NCBI GenBank assembly: GCA_021734025.1
Contig: JAIPJS010000007.1
Span: 103,785-167,784, forward strand
From: Fidelibacterota bacterium
GTDB lineage: Bacteria > Fidelibacterota > JAANXI01
Reading direction: 5' to 3'
Length of the DNA: 64,000 nt
Shown here piece by piece: positions 8,667 through 17,713 of this stretch. The notes beneath the pieces were generated by a model that worked only from the letters and a program-made list of their open reading frames with translations, was not told the DNA's origin and did not search any database. Within the stretch, counting starts at the first letter, position 1; every line of letters starts with the position of its first letter. The translations under genes and the position numbers were made by a program.

Positions 8667-9494
8667 ATGTGTGACACATGTGGATGCGGAGAGGGCACAA
8701 CTACCATTCAGACTCCCGGAGAAGCCCGGGAGCATGCGAAAATGCACGCCGAGGGCATCGAACATTCACACAATCATGATCATGAGCACGACCATGATCA
8801 TAACCATTCGCACGGCCATTCCCATGATCACGGAAACAGTCATACGACAACCATTGATGTGGAAACGGACGTACTCAGGGAGAATAATCTGTTGGCCGAG
8901 CGAAATCGGGGCATCTTTGAAACCAGGAAAATATTTGCACTGAATCTGGTGAGTTCTCCCGGCTCCGGGAAGACGACGCTTCTTGAGAAGACCGTCGAAG
9001 CACTCAGAGATGACGTCTCCATCGCCGTCATCGAAGGGGATCAGCAGTCCATGCAGGACGCCGACCGCATCGATAAAACAGGCGTGGACGTAGTACAGGT
9101 CAACACTGGAAAAGGGTGTCACCTGGACGCAAAAATGGTGAACGACGCCATCCAGAAGCTGGAACTGCCTGACGAGAGCATTCTGATGATCGAAAACGTC
9201 GGTAACCTGGTCTGTCCATCGCTGTTCGACCTCGGCGAGCATCATAAGGTGGTGATTATCTCGGTGACCGAGGGGCAGGACAAGCCGGTGAAGTACCCGA
9301 CCATGTTTGCGGAATCCAGCGTCTGCGTCATCAACAAGATCGACCTGCTCCCGTACGTAGACTTCGACGTGGAAGCCTGCAAGGATTACGCGCGACAGGT
9401 GAACCCGGATCTCACCTTCTTCGAACTTTCCGCCACCACCAGCGAAGGCATGGACGCGTGGTTGGAGTGGGTGAAGCCAGCTGGGAATGATTAA
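8667..9494 (+). CDS. hypB: Hydrogenase nickel incorporation GTPase HypB
   Basis: N-terminal MCDTCGCG metal site. His-rich tract. P-loop SSPGSGKTTLLE. ENVGNLVCP motif. Confidence 0.95.
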   Translation: MCDTCGCGEGTTTIQTPGEAREHAKMHAEGIEHSHNHDHEHDHDHNHSHGHSHDHGNSHTTTIDVETDVLRENNLLAERNRGIFETRKIFALNLVSSPGSGKTTLLEKTVEALRDDVSIAVIEGDQQSMQDADRIDKTGVDVVQVNTGKGCHLDAKMVNDAIQKLELPDESILMIENVGNLVCPSLFDLGEHHKVVIISVTEGQDKPVKYPTMFAESSVCVINKIDLLPYVDFDVEACKDYARQVNPDLTFFELSATTSEGMDAWLEWVKPAGND

Positions 9495-9500
9495 AAAACC

Positions 9501-9534
9501 TCACCGCAGAGACGCAAAGAGCGCAGAGGAAATG
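9501..9534 (+). repeat. Module G (ACCGCAGAG-ACGCAAAGA-GC-GAG), copy 1
   Basis: Near-copy at 13849-13886. Both lie just after a hyp gene stop. Confidence 0.6.
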
Positions 9535-9557
9535 ATTTGTATAGAAACTGGAACCTG

Positions 9558-9612
9558 CCTCGCAATGAGATTGCGAGGCTAAATTGGGAAGCCTTTGAAT
9601 TCCATTCAAAGG
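9558..9612 (+). repeat. Module H, a tandem double hairpin, copy 1
   Basis: cctcgcaatgagattgcgagg + linker + cctttgaattccattcaaagg. Inverted copy at 26359-26413. Confidence 0.7.
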
Positions 9613-9623
9613 CGAGATATAAT

Positions 9624-9659
9624 CCCATCGCCGATCGCTGACAGCGTCGGTGATGGTGG
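9624..9659 (+). repeat. Module I hairpin (CCATC-CCGATCGCTG..GCGTCGGTGA-GGTG), copy 1
   Basis: Similar copy at 29900-29933. Related hairpins at 29951-29982 and 50307-50337. Confidence 0.55.
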
Positions 9660-9683
9660 ATATTGAGTCCGCAACAAACCAAC

Positions 9684-9717
9684 TATAACACAATAACACC
9701 TTAACACGCGAACACTG
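9684..9717 (+). repeat. NNNAACAC octamer array (4 units) ending 8 nt before the hypF ATG
   Basis: tataacac|aataacac|cttaacac|gcgaacac. No purine-rich SD between the array and the ATG. Confidence 0.8.
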
Positions 9718-9725
9718 CCGTCATT

Positions 9726-12023
9726 ATGAAACGACTCAAAATACGAATCACGGGTATTGTCCAGGGGGTGGGGTTCCGTCCGTTTGTGTATAATCTTGCG
9801 GAGGAAAAGGGAATCTCCGGGTTCGTGGGGAACGATTCCGACGGCGTGTTCGTGGAGGCGCAGGGCACTGATGAGAATCTCTCGGAGTTTGTGGACGCGC
9901 TGGAGAATTCCCCGCCGCCGCTGTCTCAGGTTGATTCGGTAAAAGCTGAGGAGATTGCCTCAATCACTTTTGACGGCTTTCATATTGAGGAGTCGGTGAA
10001 AGGCGAGAAGATGGATACGCTGGTCTCGCCGGATATGGCTATCTGTAAGGATTGTGCCAGAGAACTCAAAGACGATTTCGACCGGCGGTATCACTATCCG
10101 TTTATCAACTGCACCAACTGCGGGCCGCGGTACAGTATCATCTACGATATTCCGTACGACCGGCCGTACACATCCATGAAAAAGTTTGAATTGTGTCCCG
10201 AATGCCGGGCTGAATACGAAAATCCCGGTAACCGTCGGTTCCACGCTCAGCCAAATGCGTGTGAAGAGTGCGGGCCGTGGGTGGAGGTGTACGATACAGA
10301 TCGACGACGCCTTCAGAACAGGGAATATGCGGTAGTTTTAGCGAATCAGTCACTCAGGCGGGGGGCCATCATGGCTATCAAAGGCTTGGGAGGATTTCAC
10401 CTGGCGTGTAACGCTCACAACGAGTTGGCTGTCCGTGAGTTGCGACAGCGCAAGAACCGGGAGGAGAAGCCGCTGGCGGTGATGGTAAAGGATGTGGAAA
10501 CCGCCAAAAAGTACGCCCATTTTTCCAAAGATGAACTGGCGTTATTGACTTCACCGCAGGCGCCGATTGTTCTGGCGAAAAAGCGGGAGGAAATCAGCCC
10601 GAACATCGCGCCTGGCAACCCCCGGATCGGCATCATGCTGCCGTACACGCCGCTGCATCATCTGTTGTTCGCCAGCACGCTGGATGCCCTGGTGATGACC
10701 AGCGGCAACTATTCCGAGGAGCCGATCTGCATCGAAAACAATGATGCATTTAACCGGCTAGGTGACATCGCTGATTATACCTTAGTGCACAACCGGGAGA
10801 TCCTCCAACGGGTGGACGATTCCGTGGTTATTATGCTCGCGGATAAGCCACGATTCGTGCGGCGCAGCCGGGGATACGTCCCGCGGCCGATCAATATTCT
10901 TCATTCCACCGATCCTGTCCTGGCCGTCGGCGGGGCACTGAAAAATACAATTTGCTACATCAAAGAAGACCGGGCGTTCCCGAGCCAGCATATCGGGGAT
11001 TTGTCCAATACGCGCGCCATGGATTTCTTCAATCATACCCGGGAACATCTGGGAAAAATCCTTGAAGTTGAGCCCAATTACGTGGCGTATGATCTGCATC
11101 CGGGATGTCTGGCAACTCAATGGGCGAAGAGCTACTCAGATGAGCAAGACTTATCGGCTTTTGGGATTCAACATCACCACGCACACATGGCGAGCGTGAT
11201 GGTTGAGCACGGTCTGGACGATCCGGTGATCGGTCTGATTATGGACGGCACCGGCTACGGGACGGACGGGACGATCTGGGGCGGCGAGGTACTGATCGGC
11301 GATTACACAAAGGTGAACCGGTTCGCACATATCGAGAATGTGCCGGAGCCTGGTGGGGATAAAGCCGTGCAGGAGCCGTGGCGCATGGGACTGGCGTATC
11401 TCTGGAAGACGTTTGGCGAAGATGCCCTCAGTTTTACGCCGTATCGGTGGAGCGGATTTCCGATTCCGCAGGTCAAGCAGATGCTGGACAAAGGAATCAA
11501 CGCACCGATGACTTCCAGCTGCGGACGGCTATTCGACGGCATCGGCGCCATCGCCGGTGGACGCACCCATATGACTTTCGAGGGACAGGCGGCTATTGAA
11601 TTCCAGCATGCCATGGAAAAGACGGAGCATCCATCTCTGGAGTACGGGATAGAAAGATGCGGTGAGCACTACGAGTTTTTGATTGCTCCGATTGTAAAAA
11701 GCGTACTCAAATCGCTGGGAAAAAAGGCATCGTATGGAGAGATAAGCTATCTTTTCCATGAAATGTTGATTTCGATGTTCTTGGACATCGCAGAGAAGGC
11801 ACGGGCCGAGGCATCTTTGGAAAAAGTAGCGCTCAGTGGTGGCGTGTTCCAAAACAGCTACTTGTTTGAACGGATGATTACTGAATTAAACGACAACGGA
11901 TTTACGGTCTACGCACCTGAGCAGGTGCCGACCAACGACGGGGGATTATCGCTGGGACAGGCGGCCATTGCACAGGCGTTGGTTGTTGCCGGGAAATCCG
12001 AAGTGGAATTAACATACGAGTGA
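9726..12023 (+). CDS. hypF: Carbamoyltransferase HypF
   Basis: Acylphosphatase-like N-terminus (GIVQGVGFRPFV). Zn-finger CxxC pairs. YrdC- and Kae1-like regions. 765 aa. Confidence 0.95.
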   Translation: MKRLKIRITGIVQGVGFRPFVYNLAEEKGISGFVGNDSDGVFVEAQGTDENLSEFVDALENSPPPLSQVDSVKAEEIASITFDGFHIEESVKGEKMDTLVSPDMAICKDCARELKDDFDRRYHYPFINCTNCGPRYSIIYDIPYDRPYTSMKKFELCPECRAEYENPGNRRFHAQPNACEECGPWVEVYDTDRRRLQNREYAVVLANQSLRRGAIMAIKGLGGFHLACNAHNELAVRELRQRKNREEKPLAVMVKDVETAKKYAHFSKDELALLTSPQAPIVLAKKREEISPNIAPGNPRIGIMLPYTPLHHLLFASTLDALVMTSGNYSEEPICIENNDAFNRLGDIADYTLVHNREILQRVDDSVVIMLADKPRFVRRSRGYVPRPINILHSTDPVLAVGGALKNTICYIKEDRAFPSQHIGDLSNTRAMDFFNHTREHLGKILEVEPNYVAYDLHPGCLATQWAKSYSDEQDLSAFGIQHHHAHMASVMVEHGLDDPVIGLIMDGTGYGTDGTIWGGEVLIGDYTKVNRFAHIENVPEPGGDKAVQEPWRMGLAYLWKTFGEDALSFTPYRWSGFPIPQVKQMLDKGINAPMTSSCGRLFDGIGAIAGGRTHMTFEGQAAIEFQHAMEKTEHPSLEYGIERCGEHYEFLIAPIVKSVLKSLGKKASYGEISYLFHEMLISMFLDIAEKARAEASLEKVALSGGVFQNSYLFERMITELNDNGFTVYAPEQVPTNDGGLSLGQAAIAQALVVAGKSEVELTYE

Positions 12024-12030
12024 GGATAAT

Positions 12031-12318
12031 ATGTGTCTTGCGGTTCCGGGTAAAGTGACGGAGATTTACGATACCAACGGTTTGAAAATGGGCAAAATCG
12101 ACTACGGCGGCACCGTGCAGGAAGCGTGCCTGGAGTACTGTCCGGAGGTGCAGGTCGGCGAATACGCCATTGTGCACGCCGGATTTGCTATTTCCATCCT
12201 GGATGAGGAAGAGGCGCAGAAATCCCTGGAAGCCTGGAAGGAACTGGAGGAGGCCGAGAAGGAGATGTACGGCGATACGCTGAATAATCCGGATCAGGAT
12301 ACGGGTTTTAAACATTGA
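12031..12318 (+). CDS. hypC: Hydrogenase assembly chaperone HypC/HupF
   Basis: Invariant N-terminal MCLAVPGKV. 95 aa. Confidence 0.9.
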   Translation: MCLAVPGKVTEIYDTNGLKMGKIDYGGTVQEACLEYCPEVQVGEYAIVHAGFAISILDEEEAQKSLEAWKELEEAEKEMYGDTLNNPDQDTGFKH

Positions 12319-12320
12319 AA

Positions 12321-12372
12321 AAGAATAGCACGCAGATGACACAGAAACAACGGATCACCACTGATAAGAAAC
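12321..12372 (+). repeat. Module F (AATAGCACGCAGAT-AC-CAGAAACAACGGAT..), copy 1
   Basis: Close copy at 13795-13848. Confidence 0.65.
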
Positions 12373-12419
12373 AAGTTTAGAGTTGAGAATTAGCAAAGTA
12401 GGGAATGCATTTTTTTTAA

Positions 12420-12510
12420 ACACAACTCACTCACTTGTTATCCCTTCCCCTTTCGAAGAGGAAGGGAGCCAGCCCCAACGGGATCCCCTTGGGAAGGGAT
12501 GGAGTTGTGT
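12420..12510. repeat. Module D composite palindromic element bounded by ACACAACTC / GAGTTGTGT
   Basis: 9-bp terminal IR. Internal hairpins around a ttcgaa core. Related copies at 24426-24524 and 30123-30263. Confidence 0.7.
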
Positions 12511-12585
12511 AAATAGATGTGCGAAACAAGGCCGCATACGATCTTCAATGAGATTTATGGGAAAATCAGCGAACTAAAACAAAAT

Positions 12586-12648
12586 CCCGCTGAAGCGGGG
12601 CCTACCAACAACCCAGTCACAATAGACACAGGACTGAGGACTTCAGTC
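12586..12648 (+). repeat. Hairpin + CTACCAACA module
   Basis: cccgctgaagcgggg-cctaccaaca...ggactgagga. Related copies at 24346-24402(-), 24639-24671(-), 26275-26318(-) and 26441-26470(+). Confidence 0.65.
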
Positions 12649-12660
12649 GCGTGACTGTTT

Positions 12661-12703
12661 TAACTATAACACATTAACACGGTTACACTTTAACACGATT
12701 AAA
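12661..12703 (+). repeat. NNNAACAC octamer array abutting the hypD ATG
   Basis: tataacac|attaacac|ggttacac|tttaacac|gattaaa then ATG at 12704. No SD. Confidence 0.8.
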
Positions 12704-13843
12704 ATGAAATATTTAAACGAATTCCGCGATCCTGAGATCGCGAAAAAAATCATAGATAAACTCCACAAAATAACCACCCGGGATTGGGTGCTGATGGAGG
12801 TCTGCGGCGGGCAGACGCACAGCATCATCAAGAACGGAATTGATCAGGTGATTCCGGAGGAGATCCAGCTGGTGCACGGTCCGGGATGTCCGGTCTGTGT
12901 GACGCCGCTGGAGATGATCGACCAGGCGCTGGAGATTGCATCACGCCCCGACGTGATTTTTTGCTCCTTCGGCGATATGCTCCGGGTGCCGGGCTCTGAG
13001 AAAGACCTTTTCATGGTGAAGTCCGAAGGTGGTGATGTTCGAGTGGTGTATTCGCCACTGGAAGCGCTGAAAATCGCCCGGGAAAATCCGGACAAGGAGG
13101 TGGTCTTCTTTGCGGTGGGCTTCGAAACCACGGCACCGGCCAACGCCATGTCGGTCTACCAGGCGAAACGGGAAGGGATTACGAACTACTCCATCCTCGT
13201 TTCACACGTGACGGTGCCGGGCGCCATGAAGGCGCTGCTGGAATCGCCGGAAAACCGGGTGCAAGGGTATCTCGCGGCGGGACACGTCTGCACCGTGATG
13301 GGCTACTGGGAGTATGAACCGATTGCCCGGAAGTACGGTATCCCAATCGTCGTGACCGGATTCGAACCGATCGATATTCTGGAAGGTATTCTCGAAACGG
13401 TGACTATGCTGGAATCGGGCGAAGCGGGCGTGCGGAATAAGTATGCCCGGTCAGTCTCCCGGGATGGCAACCGGCCGAGCCAGGATATTATTGAAAAGGT
13501 GTTTGACGTTACCGACCGGAAGTGGCGGGGCATCGGTGAACTGCCGGAGAGCGGCTATTCCCTGAAGGAGGAGTACCGGGATTACGATGCATCGCGTAAG
13601 TTTTCGGTGGGAGAGATCCAAACGCAGGAGTCGGATGAGTGCATCAGCGGTATCGTACTGCAGGGACTCAAGCGTCCCAGCGATTGTCCGGCCTTCGGAG
13701 CCGCCTGCACGCCGGAAACCCCGCTGGGAGCAACCATGGTCTCCAGCGAGGGGGCCTGTGCGGCGTATTATCGGTATCAGCGATTTGATAGTAGAAATAA
13801 TAGCACGCAGATAAACGCAGAAACAACGGATAGCCGCGGATAA
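12704..13843 (+). CDS. hypD: Hydrogenase formation protein HypD
   Basis: MKYLNEFRD start. [14 protein letters not shown] and FETTAP motifs. The last ~16 codons lie inside repeat module F. Confidence 0.92.
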   Translation: MKYLNEFRDPEIAKKIIDKLHKITTRDWVLMEVCGGQTHSIIKNGIDQVIPEEIQLVHGPGCPVCVTPLEMIDQALEIASRPDVIFCSFGDMLRVPGSEKDLFMVKSEGGDVRVVYSPLEALKIARENPDKEVVFFAVGFETTAPANAMSVYQAKREGITNYSILVSHVTVPGAMKALLESPENRVQGYLAAGHVCTVMGYWEYEPIARKYGIPIVVTGFEPIDILEGILETVTMLESGEAGVRNKYARSVSRDGNRPSQDIIEKVFDVTDRKWRGIGELPESGYSLKEEYRDYDASRKFSVGEIQTQESDECISGIVLQGLKRPSDCPAFGAACTPETPLGATMVSSEGACAAYYRYQRFDSRNNSTQINAETTDSRG

Positions 13844-13848
13844 AAGAG
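13795..13848 (+). repeat. Module F, copy 2, overlapping the hypD 3' end and stop codon
   Basis: aaataatagcacgcagataaacgcagaaacaacggatagccgcggataaaagag compared with 12321-12372. Confidence 0.65.
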
Positions 13849-13886
13849 TTTACCGCAGAGGACGCAAAGATAGCTGAGAAAAATCG
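13849..13886 (+). repeat. Module G, copy 2
   Basis: tttaccgcagaggacgcaaagatagctgagaaaaatcg compared with 9501-9534. Confidence 0.6.
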
Positions 13887-13894
13887 TGAATAAA

Positions 13895-13940
13895 ACCGAT
13901 TAAACACTGAATAACACCGAAAGACACTGGAACAATTACA
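13895..13940 (+). repeat. AACAC/GACAC array variant with ~10-nt period
   Basis: ttaaacac|tgaataacac|cgaaagacac|tggaacaatt. Confidence 0.5.
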
Positions 13941-14050
13941 GCAAATTTCCAACGACTAGCAACTGACGACCCACTAGAGTTAGAACCCCAAACAGGTTGG
14001 TAATGGACGCGGGATTCTTGACTCGAGTTCGGCGACAGTTTTTAATAATA

Positions 14051-14097
14051 CGGTTTTATCCTGAACACTTGAACACTATAACACTGTTTAAAAACCG
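14051..14097 (+). repeat. GGTTTTA-CC + NNNAACAC octamer array upstream of hypE
   Basis: cggttttatc ctgaacac|ttgaacac|tataacac tgtttaaaaaccg. Near-copy in inverse orientation at 24291-24335. Confidence 0.75.
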
Positions 14098-14100
14098 CGA

Positions 14101-14134
14101 TTAAGAGTAAGATTAAGATTAGGATTAAGAAACG
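14101..14134 (+). repeat. ATTAAGA stutter tract
   Basis: ttaagagtaagattaagattaggattaagaaacg. Inverse copy at 24034-24078. Confidence 0.65.
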
Positions 14135-14164
14135 ACTAAAACAGTGACACCCCGGGGAATATAA

Positions 14165-15223
14165 ATGAGTGATGACTTCAACGGCATTTTGAGCTGTCCG
14201 GTGCCGATTATGAACCACAAGACGATCCAGCTGGGACACGGCAGCGGCGGAAAGATGTCCCGCGATCTGCTGGAGAAACTGTTTTTACCCCGATTCGGCA
14301 ATGAGACGCTGAATCAACTGGGCGATCAGGCGCGGTTGGAGTTAGACGGGAACCGGATTGCCTACTCCACCGACTCGTTTGTTGTGGATCCTTTGTTTTT
14401 CCCCGGCGGGAATATCGGTGACCTCGCCATTAACGGAACGGTGAACGATCTGGCGGTCGGTGGTGCAAAACCACTCTATCTGAGTGTCGGATTTATTATT
14501 GAGGAAGGGATGCCTATCGATGATCTGCACCGGATTTTACTGTCCATGGAAGTGGCGGCAAAGAAGGCCGGAGTTTCTATTGTAACCGGCGATACCAAGG
14601 TTGTAAATAAAGGAAGCGTGGATAAACTGTTTATCAACACCACCGGCATTGGCATTTATGAATCCGATATTGAATTCGCCCCGCAAAAAATACAGACCGG
14701 TGACAAGGTGATCGTCTCCGGATATGTCGGCGATCATGGCATCACGATTCTCTCCAGCAGAGAAGGGCTGGCGCTGGAAAATCCGGTGGAAACCGACTCA
14801 GTTGCACTGAACGGTCTTGTGGATACAATGATGGAGGCGACAGGAAATCATATCCGGGTGATGCGCGATCCCACCCGTGGCGGTGTGGCCACGTCGCTGA
14901 ATGAGTTTGCTGACAGTGGACAGGTCCGGATCAGGATGGAGAGCGGCAAAATTCCTGTTCGCCCTGCTGTTGAAAGCGCGTGCGAAATCCTGGGACTTGA
15001 TCCCCTGTACGTGGCCAACGAGGGAAAATTGCTGGCCGTGGTTTCACCGGAAGCAGCACCGGATCTTCTGAAAGCGATGCAAAATCACGAATACGGAACG
15101 CATGCCGCCATCATTGGAGAAGTTATTGATGGTGACGACGGGCGGGTCAGCATGATGACCGGCATCGGCGGCGAAACCATCATCGATATGCTGCCGGGGG
15201 AACAGTTGCCGCGAATCTGTTAA
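14165..15223 (+). CDS. hypE: Hydrogenase expression/formation protein HypE
   Basis: AIR-synthase-like fold motifs. Invariant C-terminal PRIC. Confidence 0.95.
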   Translation: MSDDFNGILSCPVPIMNHKTIQLGHGSGGKMSRDLLEKLFLPRFGNETLNQLGDQARLELDGNRIAYSTDSFVVDPLFFPGGNIGDLAINGTVNDLAVGGAKPLYLSVGFIIEEGMPIDDLHRILLSMEVAAKKAGVSIVTGDTKVVNKGSVDKLFINTTGIGIYESDIEFAPQKIQTGDKVIVSGYVGDHGITILSSREGLALENPVETDSVALNGLVDTMMEATGNHIRVMRDPTRGGVATSLNEFADSGQVRIRMESGKIPVRPAVESACEILGLDPLYVANEGKLLAVVSPEAAPDLLKAMQNHEYGTHAAIIGEVIDGDDGRVSMMTGIGGETIIDMLPGEQLPRIC

Positions 15224-15240
15224 TATGAAAGGAGTCCAGG

Positions 15241-15471
15241 ATGGTAGGAAATCCAACTGCGAAGCAGAACCAACAACGAAATCAATCGAGGGCGAGCTGG
15301 GCTTATGCCCTGGTGATAATTGCCTCACTGATGCTTATCGGGTTGCCCTTTCTCGGTCCGCTCTTTTTCGTGATGATCCCGATTCTGTTCCTGCTGACGA
15401 TCCCTGCGTTGATTTACTTTATATTTGTGAATACCAAAGATAAAAATATCCCGGACAATCAATCCCGGTAG
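15241..15471 (+). CDS. Small two-TM membrane protein, unknown function
   Basis: 76-aa ORF with two hydrophobic helices, 17 nt after hypE. No family recognised. Confidence 0.35.
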   Translation: MVGNPTAKQNQQRNQSRASWAYALVIIASLMLIGLPFLGPLFFVMIPILFLLTIPALIYFIFVNTKDKNIPDNQSR

Positions 15472-15536
15472 CGATTAATTATCTGGGAACCTTAGAATTC
15501 ACTTCGGTGATTTTTGCTCGTTTGCTACTAGAATAC

Positions 15537-16076
15537 TTAGCGTTGTTCTATGGCATATAAAGGTTTTTCGGCGATGGGAAATTTCATCGCATTCGTAATT
15601 ACGCTATTCTCAATCACTTTAATTCCGTCAGGACTTGCCTGAATAAATGCCGCCGCGCCTTCATTAAGCCACGGCTCATACAGCGTAATGACCGGCACCT
15701 TTTTCATTTTACTCATCTTGCAGACTTTTTTTATCAGTGTCACGTTCTTGGTGCCTTTCGAAGGCCAGATCAATACCGCATCTACCTGTTTTCTATTAAC
15801 CAGAAAGGTAAAATCTTCAAACATATCCCCGATATATTTGGACTGGGTAATAAAAATTTCCATGCTTCGGGGAAGTGCACTCTGGAGCGCCGTCAATTCC
15901 TCAATAGTTTCCTCAGATACGCCGGTGCTGATTATACCCAGGCGTAATGTTATGAAATTAAAATTCTTTATCGTATCAATGACATCCTTTACCGGGACAT
16001 CATCGGCTGCCCTGAGACCGGTCGAAAATACGATCATAATACAAGTCAGGAGCGCAATGACAGTTTTTCTGCTCAT
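15537..16076 (-). CDS. Secreted/periplasmic hypothetical protein
   Basis: N-terminal signal-like helix (VIALLTCIMIVFSTGLRA). Alpha/beta-like pattern loosely resembling substrate-binding folds. Confidence 0.45.
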   Translation of the reverse strand: MSRKTVIALLTCIMIVFSTGLRAADDVPVKDVIDTIKNFNFITLRLGIISTGVSEETIEELTALQSALPRSMEIFITQSKYIGDMFEDFTFLVNRKQVDAVLIWPSKGTKNVTLIKKVCKMSKMKKVPVITLYEPWLNEGAAAFIQASPDGIKVIENSVITNAMKFPIAEKPLYAIEQR

Positions 16077-16396
16077 TAATATTATCCTCCCCCATTGTTT
16101 CCCGGCCGTCCATGCGGACTACCTGAATTAGTATTTTTCAGCACATTAAATTCGCAACAATAATAGCCACGAGACCACACAGCAAAGCGTCAGTCACAAC
16201 AATATATAAGGATGCCTGCAGACTATTTGTCCGGAGACATTCTCGTTTCAGTGATCATATTGTCGACCATTGAACGAAATTCTTTAGCGATTTTTTTAAT
16301 CTTTTTCAGCAATGTCGGGAGAAATTATACCCTGTTTCCAGAGGAAAATTTTGTATGTTATTTATTCGGTTCTCTGAATAACAGATTGGATACGCC

Positions 16397-16939
16397 ATGG
16401 AAATTAACTTCCCGAAAGCGTTTCAGGATGAACTGTCGGAGAAGCTGGGTATTCTCCCGGAAGATGTCACAGACACACTGCATCAGCCCGATCAGTCGGA
16501 AACGCTCAAGGTAGATACGTTGCAGCTTACCTTTGCCACCAAGTTCATTCCGCAAACGCCGGCCCCGTATTTTATCCTGGCATACGGACAACAGCTTCAT
16601 GATCAGTTACAGGTACGAATGGCCTGGAAGCTCTCCCCATCACTGGGAAAAAATTTGATCACTGTCTCTCCAATAGAGTTGTTACGGCAATTTGCTCTGG
16701 AATACGGATTACGTGTAATAATCGGGCAGGAAACCCGCCGGTTTTACCTTGATGAAACCATTCGAATCGATACCGAGGCAACACAGGAAACTATTGCAAT
16801 TCAGAATCCGGAAAACCACGAATATGTGGAACAAATTATCGCGAAAACAGAGCGATCAGACAAAGGGTATCAGGTGAAATGTGCCCTGGCCTTATGTATC
16901 GACATTGACAGGTATCGTACCTGGATGGCAAATGAATAA
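16397..16939 (+). CDS. Hypothetical protein
   Basis: 180-aa ORF with ATG start. No motif recognised. Confidence 0.4.
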   Translation: MEINFPKAFQDELSEKLGILPEDVTDTLHQPDQSETLKVDTLQLTFATKFIPQTPAPYFILAYGQQLHDQLQVRMAWKLSPSLGKNLITVSPIELLRQFALEYGLRVIIGQETRRFYLDETIRIDTEATQETIAIQNPENHEYVEQIIAKTERSDKGYQVKCALALCIDIDRYRTWMANE

Positions 16940-16969
16940 TTCCTGGATCGAAACTCAGAGGAGTCACTA

Positions 16970-17713
16970 ATGGATGCAGCAAATCGCCGCCTGCTACTTT
17001 TAAGTAATTCGACCAATTTTGGCCAGGAATGGCTTGACCACGCCGAAGAGGGCATACGAGAATTCCTGGGGAGGACAGTTGATGAGGTTCTGTTCGTTCC
17101 GTATGCCGCTGTCACATTTTCCTATGATGAATATACAAGCCTGGCGCGGGAGAAGTTCGGAAAGTTGGGATATCAGGTGCGGTCAATTCATGAGGCGGAA
17201 CGTCCCAAAGAAGCCGTCAGGAATGCAGAAGCCATAGCGGTTGGCGGGGGCAATACGTTTCATCTCGTGACGCACCTCTATCGAATTGGCATCATTGACG
17301 AAGTGCGGCGGCGGGTTTTGCGTAACGGCATCCCGTACATTGGTTGGAGTGCAGGCGCAAATGTGGCGTGCCCCAGCCTTAAGACTACCAATGATATGCC
17401 GATTGTCGAACCACCCAGCTTCCATACGTTCAATCTGGTACCGTTCCAAATTAACCCGCACTATCTGGATGAGCATCCGAAGGAACACCAGGGAGAGACC
17501 CGCGAGCGCCGGATTGAGGAATTTATTGAGGCCAATCCTGATATCTACGTCGTGGGCCTGCGGGAGGGGAGCATGCTTCGGGTGGAGGGTGATTCCATTT
17601 CGCTGATCGGGGAGAAGCCGGCCCGTGTGTTTAGGAAAGGAGAGGAGCCTGCCGAGTATCATATCTCGGATTTGATGGAATTTTTACTACGCCGGGAAGG
17701 GGATGGAGAATGA
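16970..17713 (+). CDS. pepE: Dipeptidase E (peptidase S51)
   Basis: LLLLSNST..., GGGNTFHL, GWSAGAN (Ser nucleophile) and INPHY motifs. SD gaggag. Confidence 0.8.
   Translation: MDAANRRLLLLSNSTNFGQEWLDHAEEGIREFLGRTVDEVLFVPYAAVTFSYDEYTSLAREKFGKLGYQVRSIHEAERPKEAVRNAEAIAVGGGNTFHLVTHLYRIGIIDEVRRRVLRNGIPYIGWSAGANVACPSLKTTNDMPIVEPPSFHTFNLVPFQINPHYLDEHPKEHQGETRERRIEEFIEANPDIYVVGLREGSMLRVEGDSISLIGEKPARVFRKGEEPAEYHISDLMEFLLRREGDGE

Noticed and set aside
8760-8850. His/Asp-rich repeat in hypB, considered as an anomalous low-complexity insertion
   Set aside because: His-rich nickel-storage tracts are a normal feature of many HypB proteins.
9684-9717. AACAC arrays considered as a possible CRISPR or mini-CRISPR
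   Set aside because: The units are 8 nt and directly abutting, with no unique spacers. There is no leader and there are no cas genes.
12383-12577. 64-aa ORF; similar ORFs at 30031..30408(-), 30045..30353(+), 32283..32474(+), 32338..32535(+), 24634..24909(+), 26158..26618
   Set aside because: All of them lie inside repeat modules D, E or H or low-complexity spacers. They have no SD, and their frames are generated by palindromic repeats.
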